This document shows, in pieces, positions 1-6,339 of a stretch of DNA of 64,000 bases (its first letter is position 1; every line of letters starts with the position of its first letter). A program made the translations under genes and the position numbers. Origin of the DNA: an uncultured Bacteroidales bacterium (GTDB taxonomy: Bacteria > Bacteroidota > Bacteroidia > Bacteroidales > ML635J-15). The stretch covers positions 9,135-73,134 of the forward strand of contig CAJOIT010000003.1 of the NCBI GenBank assembly GCA_905234755.1. The letters are read 5' to 3'. The notes beneath the pieces are model-generated. The model was given only the letters and a program-made list of their open reading frames with translations, had not been told where the DNA came from and ran no database searches.

Positions 1-244
1 GAAATATAATGTCGTCGTAAGTTCCAAGTTCCAAAGCGTAATCTTTGTTGTTTAAATCAAGTTCAACCAATTTGCCATCAGTAGATTTGGACTCAGAAAT
101 CATTTTATTCAAAAGCAATGATTGTATCACAGTGCTTTTCCCAGCAGAATTGGCACCTGTCAGAAGCGTAAGATTGTTTATATGAACCTTTGTGTTTTCT
201 CTAAAACACTTAAAACCTTCTATGCTTAATTTTATTTTTTTCAT
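1..244 (-). CDS. P-loop (AAA_15/AAA_21-like, SMC/ABC-type) ATPase, N-terminal fragment; the gene runs off the left edge
   Basis: Manual minus-strand translation from the ATG at 244 gives MKKIKLSIEGFKCFRENTKVHINNLTLLTGANSAGKSTVIQSLLLNKM... The Walker A motif GANSAGKST sits about 30 aa from the N-terminus, as in ABC/SMC-like defence ATPases. The gene starts 3 nt after the DUF262 stop. It is absent from the ORF track because there is no stop in the window. Confidence 0.6.
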   Translation of the reverse strand, partial: MKKIKLSIEGFKCFRENTKVHINNLTLLTGANSAGKSTVIQSLLLNKMISESKSTDGKLVELDLNNKDYALELGTYDDIIF

Positions 245-247
245 TAT

Positions 248-1591
248 TTATAGTAAATCTATTAGTTTTTGTTTCAATGTTGCAAAAACATAGTTAATAT
301 TCTTTTTGTTGGTTGTACTCCACGAGATTGCTTCGTTGAGGTATTCATCGTGTGCTATCAAATCAGTCAATTTATCAGTCAAATTTATATCAACAGTTGA
401 AACTCGGTTTTGTTCTGCAAATTTTGCCAAGAGAACACTAAGCACCAGCATTAGGGATTTGTTGATTGATAGTTTCTTATTCTGATTATGGGATACTTTT
501 CTAAAAGCATATTCTCCAAATAGTTGATATGCAAGATTCATACTTTTTTTGTAAGCCTCCACATACATACTCAATTCATTTTCAGATTTTCGGTTCAACT
601 CTTCTACACAAGAGTCCAAAGTCCTTTTCATATCGCCGTCGTAATTGCCGATATATGATTCTTCCGAATACTGATTATAGAAGTATATGAATCGCAATGC
701 AGATTCTTGCGCCGCCATACGGGTATCCTTGACACTGCCACAGGTGGCTTTCTTGAATTCGTCAGAATTTACCATATTGTATAAAGTGTCTTGAAGTGGT
801 GTTCTAGCAAGGCAGTTCCTTATTTCTTGATCGTTGAGTACTTTGCCGCCGGTGTTTAATCTTCTGAACAAATCATATTTTAGTTGTGATGGAGAGCGGT
901 AGTCTATCACAAAGCAAGTAATCTGTGTCTGTTTGAATCGCCGTAGTTGCAAACTTGGTAAGTTGAGTTGAGTATATTTTTTGCCATTGCAATAATCGAA
1001 ATACTCCATATTGCATAACGAAAAACGATCTTCCATAAAATCCTTAATCGTGCTGATACGTTGGAGACCATCGACAATTGTCAGGCGACCATCGTTGTAT
1101 TGGCTCAGATATATTGTAGGCAAAGGCAATCCCAAAAAGATAGATTCTATCAAACGACTTTTGCGGGTTCTGTCCCAAATAAAGTTGCGCTGAAATCTCG
1201 GGGCAATTTCCAAGTCTCCATCATTGACCATCTGCACCAATTGCGTGATAGTAAAATTTTTGGGTTCAACAAAAATATCCTTAGGTCCGTAGCCTGGTTT
1301 CTTTGGACTGCGTGCTATTTCTTCTGCATTTGTTTCAAACCCTTGAACATTAGCACTAATCCACTCTTCGGATAAGCCAACCATACGTTCTTCAATGATG
1401 TCGTCAGACTCCTCGAAGTTTGGTTTTTCAATGACAAAAACATCATTTTCGTCTCGCACTATCTTAAACTCTTTAGTGTCGCTATTTTCAGAAATGCCTT
1501 TGAGATAGAATTTCCCATCGTTTTCTTGCAGAGCAAAAGTGGTTTCACTTATATCACCTTTAAGCGTAAAATTAACCTCTAACTGAGCCAT
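248..1591 (-). CDS. DUF262 (ParB/sulfiredoxin-like, GmrSD N-terminal type) domain protein with an unassigned N-terminal domain of about 105 aa
   Basis: 447 aa. It carries the DUF262 signatures ...APRFQRNFIWDRTRKSRLIESIFLGLPLPTIYL...IVDGLQRISTI (FQR...W and DGxQR motifs). I recognise no HNH/DUF1524 motif in the C-terminal half. The gene has its own TAaaTTTG box upstream. Confidence 0.75.
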   Translation of the reverse strand: MAQLEVNFTLKGDISETTFALQENDGKFYLKGISENSDTKEFKIVRDENDVFVIEKPNFEESDDIIEERMVGLSEEWISANVQGFETNAEEIARSPKKPGYGPKDIFVEPKNFTITQLVQMVNDGDLEIAPRFQRNFIWDRTRKSRLIESIFLGLPLPTIYLSQYNDGRLTIVDGLQRISTIKDFMEDRFSLCNMEYFDYCNGKKYTQLNLPSLQLRRFKQTQITCFVIDYRSPSQLKYDLFRRLNTGGKVLNDQEIRNCLARTPLQDTLYNMVNSDEFKKATCGSVKDTRMAAQESALRFIYFYNQYSEESYIGNYDGDMKRTLDSCVEELNRKSENELSMYVEAYKKSMNLAYQLFGEYAFRKVSHNQNKKLSINKSLMLVLSVLLAKFAEQNRVSTVDINLTDKLTDLIAHDEYLNEAISWSTTNKKNINYVFATLKQKLIDLL

Positions 1592-1616
1592 TTTTTTGTT
1601 TTTATTAATACTGTTG

Positions 1617-1624
1617 CAAATTTA
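1617..1624 (-). promoter_or_regulatory. -7 promoter box (TAaaTTTG) for the DUF262/ATPase pair
   Basis: The minus strand reads TAAATTTG, which matches the Bacteroidota primary-sigma -7 consensus TAnnTTTG. It lies 26 nt upstream of the ATG at 1591, in the 72-nt gap after hsdS. Confidence 0.5.
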
Positions 1625-1663
1625 CTAATGTTTTTGATTGATAAACAATATTTTTATCAAAAA

Positions 1664-2905
1664 TTACACTCCCATTTCTCCCTCTATCAACCTTGGCAGC
1701 AACCTGTCTCTTGCTTCCGTCAGAAGACGAATTTGAGACTGTAAGTTTTTAATGGTTGAAAACAATGGCGAAATTACACAATCGAATTTTATAAGGATTT
1801 CAGAACTTGGCATTACAAAGGGCATATTCTTGATTATTGTTGAATTAACAGCTTTGGATATTCCTGATGTATTACCTAAAGAATCATAATGATAGTTCTT
1901 TAGATACAAAAAAGTATAGCATCTCCAATTATCGTCTTTTTTCATGAAATGAGCAATTGCTTCATTGGTACAAACTGGAATATCTGCAATAGAAACCCTT
2001 CCAACTGTCAATTTAAAGCTAAGAAGTATAGTTCCTTCAGGTACAATTCTGACATTATATTTTGCACATGCTTCCTTTGTGAGTTTTTCGCTTGTTGTAT
2101 TTACATATGTTGCATCTTTCATATCAGTTATTGATACCCATGGAATATCCATATGATTAGTTGAAAACCATTCCTTTTCGGCTCTTGGAGGTGTCTTTCC
2201 TATTGACATGTCAAAGAAATCAATAGCTTTCTTCTTCTCCCATCCCTCCGGCACACCGTCCACAATTTTCGTGCTCTCATATCCAGGGAATCGCAAATCG
2301 ACAAACCATTCCTTGTAGAGCCGCTGTGCCGCTTCCTCCAAAAGTTTTATCTGCTTCTGGTAGTTCTCTATCAGGGCGTCGTAGCGGGATAGGATGGTGG
2401 CAATATGAACCTGATAATCTATTGGGGGCAATGGAAACGGGTAATCTTTTATAGCGCTAATAGCTATTCGCATTTGATTTGCTGCGCCCTTTCCTCTCAT
2501 TTGAATATAGTTTTGAAACAGATAATATTTTGAATAATAGCCAAAATACAACTGGTTCAAGACATTCGTGTTTTTAGATCTAATACAGACAGCATTTTGA
2601 TTCAAATAATAGCCCACGACAGCTGAATTAACGATAATTGAACGACCTGCCGAAGAGTTAACTAAATTAGGATGAGATCCTACCGTAGCTATTATTACAT
2701 CATTTAATTGCAGTTCATTTTGGGAATATTTATGTTTTGATGAATAAGGCAGATAATTAATGTCATCGAGCACAAATCCAGAATTTTTGCAGTTGGTAAC
2801 TTTTAAAACAGGAATGCCTTTCGGTACATATTCTTTATCACTCCACGCACCTCCGTTTATAAAGTCGCAGAGATCTCCCAACATTACTTTCTTCCACTCG
2901 TTCAT
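1664..2905 (-). CDS. hsdS: Type I restriction-modification specificity subunit HsdS (two target-recognition domains)
   Basis: 413 aa. Two TRD-like halves are separated by a conserved coiled-coil spacer (ENYQKQIKLLEEAAQRLYKEWFVDLRFPGYE) and followed by a C-terminal spacer (LQSQIRLLTEARDRLLPRLIEGE). Its ATG overlaps the upstream gene's stop (ATGA). Confidence 0.9.
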   Translation of the reverse strand: MNEWKKVMLGDLCDFINGGAWSDKEYVPKGIPVLKVTNCKNSGFVLDDINYLPYSSKHKYSQNELQLNDVIIATVGSHPNLVNSSAGRSIIVNSAVVGYYLNQNAVCIRSKNTNVLNQLYFGYYSKYYLFQNYIQMRGKGAANQMRIAISAIKDYPFPLPPIDYQVHIATILSRYDALIENYQKQIKLLEEAAQRLYKEWFVDLRFPGYESTKIVDGVPEGWEKKKAIDFFDMSIGKTPPRAEKEWFSTNHMDIPWVSITDMKDATYVNTTSEKLTKEACAKYNVRIVPEGTILLSFKLTVGRVSIADIPVCTNEAIAHFMKKDDNWRCYTFLYLKNYHYDSLGNTSGISKAVNSTIIKNMPFVMPSSEILIKFDCVISPLFSTIKNLQSQIRLLTEARDRLLPRLIEGEMGV

Positions 2906-4068
2906 TTCAACTCCTCCTTCAGTTGTTTCTTCCTCAGTTCCAGTTCGGCCACGGTGCGGTCAACGACCTCCCTCAGTTGGTAAGATGCTACACCCAGGGG
3001 CTTGTTAATGTCTTTGAGCGACCATTCCACGATGGTTTTCTTGGCTGTCTTGCAGATAACCAAACCGACGGAAGGGTTGTCGCCCTCGCCACGAAGCAAC
3101 TCGTCGGCAGCGGTAACGTAAAAATTCAGTTTCCCGGCAAACTCAGGCTCAAACTTCACGGCTTTCAGCTCGATGATAACATAGCGTTTCTGCGGGATAT
3201 GATAAAACACCAAGTCTGGAAAGAAGGTGGTTTCGTCGTCCATGCGCAACTCCATCTGTCGTCCTACAAATGCGAAGCCTTTGCCCAACTCCAAAAGGAA
3301 ACGGGTGATGTTATTGACAAGCGCTTCCTCCAAATCATGCTCGTCATACTTGGCTTTCATCGTCAGGAACTCGAAATTATACTCATCCTTCAGCATTTCC
3401 TTGGCCAATTCGCTTTGTGGTGCAGGCAAGGTCTTGTCGAAATTGGTGATAGCAGCGCCTTGCGACAGATAGCGTTTGGCAGCCATCTGGTCTTCGAGCC
3501 AATTGCGGCTCCAGCCTTCTTCGGCTACCTTATTTATGTAGAAAATCGCCTCCTCTATAGATTGGCTTTTGGTAAAGATTTCCACATGATGTCTCCAAGG
3601 AATTCTACCAAAGATTTCTGGCATTTCTAATTGGTCACCAAGTTGGTGACTTTTTTCTACAGACTCCATTTGGTCACCAAGTTGGTGACTTATTTGAGAT
3701 CCTCTAATTTGGCCAGCAACTTGCTGACTTTTTGTAATATTCTCATAATAAAACGAATACCAGCGCTTCATATACTTAACATTGGTATCGGAGAAGCCCG
3801 TTTCATTAGGGAAGGCCTGACGCATATCGAGAGCAAACTGCTTCACTACTCCTGCGCCCCAACGTTCTTCTGCACGCAGTGCCACCAAATCACGACCAAT
3901 GCTCCAATAAAATTCAAGCATTGCCGTATTCACACGAATGGCTGCCTTTATCTGACTTTGGTGGAAACGCGCCTTTACATCAGACAGCCATTTCACATAT
4001 TCATTGTCGGCAATCGTATTGTCGCGATATACAAATGTCGGTTCGTTCTTTGTTTCTTTCTTTTTCAT
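2902..4068 (-). CDS. DUF1016 / YhcG-like PDDEXK-fold nuclease family protein, inserted between hsdM and hsdS
   Basis: The N-terminal YhcG-like helical region reads YVKWLSDVKARFHQSQIKAAIRVNTAMLEFYWSIGRD. The C-terminal PD-(D/E)xK core reads FFPDLVFYH...YVIIELKAVKF. The ATG at 4068 gives an ATGA overlap with the hsdM stop. The ORF-track start at 4083 is a GTG. Confidence 0.8.
   Translation of the reverse strand: MKKKETKNEPTFVYRDNTIADNEYVKWLSDVKARFHQSQIKAAIRVNTAMLEFYWSIGRDLVALRAEERWGAGVVKQFALDMRQAFPNETGFSDTNVKYMKRWYSFYYENITKSQQVAGQIRGSQISHQLGDQMESVEKSHQLGDQLEMPEIFGRIPWRHHVEIFTKSQSIEEAIFYINKVAEEGWSRNWLEDQMAAKRYLSQGAAITNFDKTLPAPQSELAKEMLKDEYNFEFLTMKAKYDEHDLEEALVNNITRFLLELGKGFAFVGRQMELRMDDETTFFPDLVFYHIPQKRYVIIELKAVKFEPEFAGKLNFYVTAADELLRGEGDNPSVGLVICKTAKKTIVEWSLKDINKPLGVASYQLREVVDRTVAELELRKKQLKEELK
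3631..3691. repeat. Two copies of the 21-mer TTGGTCACCAAGTTGGTGACT inside the DUF1016 gene
   Basis: Identical 21-mers start at 3631 and 3671, 40 nt apart. Each contains the near-palindrome GTCACCAA-G-TTGGTGAC. They encode the duplicated SHQLGDQ peptide. Confidence 0.75.
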
Positions 4069-5873
4069 TTCAACTCCTCCCACGCCTTTTGTATCTCGTC
4101 CATCAGCACATTGGCTTCTTTGTTAAGCTGTGCCAGTTCGGAGTGAATTTCGTTCATGCGCTCGTGGAAGTCAACGCCGTCGTCTTCCTGCTCGGCTACA
4201 CCGACATAGGCACCGGGTGTGAGCGAGTAGTTCTTTTCCTCTATCTCTTGTATGGTGGCAATTCGGCATAGTCCCGGAATGTCGTTGTAGGTGCCGTCTT
4301 CGCCAAATTTGTCGGTGAGCCATTTGCGCTGTCGGGCAGTTTCGAGAGTTTCTTCAAGTTTTTCCGTGAGTTTGTTCTGTTCGGCTTCGATGCGCTTTTT
4401 GTCCTTGCGTGGTGCATCGGCAATAATTTGCTTGGCTTCGGCCTTATGCTTCTGCAGGGCTTTTTCGGCAGTTGCTACGGTTTGTGCGCCCAAGGCCTTG
4501 TTGTAGTCGGTTAGCAGTTGCATATATTTGTTGCGCTCGCCACGGTACAGGTGTACTATTGCCTGCAGATTGCGCAACTGCCACTCTGTCCATTCGTTCA
4601 GGGTGCGGTCAACCACGGTGTAGTAGTTGCGGGCATCAATGAAAAGAACCTTGTCGCGGATGTCGGCATTCTTGTTGCGGTCGAAGAACCATAGCGAACA
4701 TGGTAGCGAGAGCGTGTAGAAAAAATTGTTGCCCACGCTTACCATCACGTCCACATCGCCAGTACGCACAAGCTTTTCGCGGATGTCGCGGTCCTTGTTG
4801 GCGCTGTCGGTTGCCGAACTTGCCATAACAAAGCCTGCGCGTCCGTGGTCGTTAAGGTATGCGTAGAAGTAACTAATCCATAGATAGTTGGCGTTACCCA
4901 CTTCCTTGGTCTTTGCGTTCACGCCTGGCAGTCCAAATGGCAGACGCCCTGCCGCCAATGCCGATTCGGACTTGACCTTATCGACATTGAAAGGCGGATT
5001 TGCCATTACATAGTCGCACTTTCCTGCCAGATTGTGGGTGTCGTGGTAGAATGAGTTGGCTTCGTCGCCCGAAATTATCTTTCCGTTGAGCCCGTGTACT
5101 GCCATGTTCATAAGGCAGAGTTGAGCGTTGTATTCTACTTTTTCCTGTCCGAAGAAAGTCATCTGGGTGTTGGCGTTCATTCCGTTTTGGTTCACAAAGT
5201 CGCCAGTCTGCACAAACATACCGCCACTACCACAGGCGGGGTCAAGCATAACGCCCTGTGTGGGTTCCAAAACATTGACAAGCATTTTTACCAGCGACTT
5301 TGGCGTAAAGAACACACCGTCGTCGCTTGCAACGGCCTTGGCGAACTTTGAAAGGAAGTATTCGTATATGCGCCCGATAATGTCGCCGCCAACTTCATCT
5401 ATCGTCTTGTTGTTGAAAATACGGAGCAGTTCGCGCAATAGGTCGTCGGCAAACATTGTATAGTTTTTGGGCAGTACGCCTGCAAGTTGAGTGCTTTGGT
5501 CTTCAACTAACTGCATAGCGTTGTTTACTGCTTCGCCCAGCGAATTGATGTCTTGTCCGTCCTTTGTCTTTAACTTTGCCTCTATGATGTTGTCGGGCAA
5601 ATTTACCAGATATGCGAACTGCGCCTCTTGTGGCAGATATAGTGCGCTTTTGGCAGCAAAGTCGCTTGGCTCGACGGGCATTACGCGCCCACCACGTTTT
5701 GGGCGGTTTTCCAGAATTTCCGCCTCTACCATCTTGTAGCGACTATACGCGTATCGCAGGAAAAGAAGTGCCAGTACTGGCATACAATATTGACTGCTTG
5801 TAAGTTTGCTTCCTTGTCGCAGCAAATCTGCCGATTCCCACAATTCCGCTTCGAGTTTTCTAATGTTTATCAT
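4065..5873 (-). CDS. hsdM: Type I restriction-modification DNA methyltransferase subunit HsdM (N6-adenine)
   Basis: HsdM N-terminal region: LWESADLLRQGSKLTSSQYCMPVLALLFLRY. AdoMet motif: LDPACGSGGMF. Catalytic motif: NPPF (MANPPFNV). The start is set at MINIRKLE (ATG at 5873), 40 nt downstream of a TAtcTTTG box. The ORF-track extension to 6029 overlaps the promoter and the NUDIX remnant. Confidence 0.9.
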   Translation of the reverse strand: MINIRKLEAELWESADLLRQGSKLTSSQYCMPVLALLFLRYAYSRYKMVEAEILENRPKRGGRVMPVEPSDFAAKSALYLPQEAQFAYLVNLPDNIIEAKLKTKDGQDINSLGEAVNNAMQLVEDQSTQLAGVLPKNYTMFADDLLRELLRIFNNKTIDEVGGDIIGRIYEYFLSKFAKAVASDDGVFFTPKSLVKMLVNVLEPTQGVMLDPACGSGGMFVQTGDFVNQNGMNANTQMTFFGQEKVEYNAQLCLMNMAVHGLNGKIISGDEANSFYHDTHNLAGKCDYVMANPPFNVDKVKSESALAAGRLPFGLPGVNAKTKEVGNANYLWISYFYAYLNDHGRAGFVMASSATDSANKDRDIREKLVRTGDVDVMVSVGNNFFYTLSLPCSLWFFDRNKNADIRDKVLFIDARNYYTVVDRTLNEWTEWQLRNLQAIVHLYRGERNKYMQLLTDYNKALGAQTVATAEKALQKHKAEAKQIIADAPRKDKKRIEAEQNKLTEKLEETLETARQRKWLTDKFGEDGTYNDIPGLCRIATIQEIEEKNYSLTPGAYVGVAEQEDDGVDFHERMNEIHSELAQLNKEANVLMDEIQKAWEELK

Positions 5874-5912
5874 AAGATTTGTGTTAAACCTATCTTTCAA
5901 ATTACAATAGCG

Positions 5913-5920
5913 CAAAGATA
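5913..5920 (-). promoter_or_regulatory. -7 promoter box (TAtcTTTG) for the hsdM operon
   Basis: The minus strand reads TATCTTTG, 40 nt upstream of the hsdM ATG at 5873. Confidence 0.55.
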
Positions 5921-5960
5921 GTGTTTTATTGCAGAAAATAAAAGGTAAGTAGTAAATAAA

Positions 5961-6311
5961 TTGAAGATATGTTCTGGTCGTTGGGATTTGCCCAAAGGCT
6001 GGCTCGAAAAAGGCGAAACTCTTGACCAATGCGCTGTGCGCGAGGTCTGCGAGGAGTGCGGACTCAATTCTGCCGACATTATGAACGAAGGCAAACTAAT
6101 CACAACTTACCATATTTATCCTTTCAAGGATGGCTTTGCGCTAAAGGTTACTCATTGGTATAGAATGAAATATATAGGTGCCGGCACAACCAAACCTCAA
6201 ACCGAGGAAGATATAACCGAGGTGAAATGGGTAAGCGAAAGTGAGATGGAGGCGGTGAAGAGAAATAGAAAGATAGATTTTTTGCATAATTTGTTGTATG
6301 TAACAAAATAA
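5961..6311 (+). pseudogene. NUDIX hydrolase, N-terminally truncated remnant
   Basis: The Nudix box GRWDLPKGWLEKGETLDQCAVREVCEECGL starts at residue 6 of the open frame. It normally lies about 30-40 aa in. The frame opens at a TTG directly after a TAA stop, there is no ATG start, and all upstream frames are closed. Confidence 0.6.
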
Positions 6312-6339
6312 ATCATATATTTGCCGAAAATATTGTGTT

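Noticed and set aside
1664-2905. Phase-variable hsdS shufflon.
   Set aside because: Only one hsdS copy is present. The window has no inverted TRD cassettes, no flanking inverted repeats and no recombinase gene.
2923-3630. 235-aa plus-strand ORF.
   Set aside because: It lies entirely antisense to the DUF1016 gene, which has clear family motifs. The product has low-complexity composition with no motifs, so it is a shadow ORF.
5874-6029. The ORF track extends hsdM 52 codons upstream (start at 6029).
   Set aside because: The extension has no HsdM similarity and runs through the TAtcTTTG promoter box. It also overlaps the NUDIX remnant on the other strand. MINIRKLEAELW (ATG at 5873) is the typical HsdM N-terminus.
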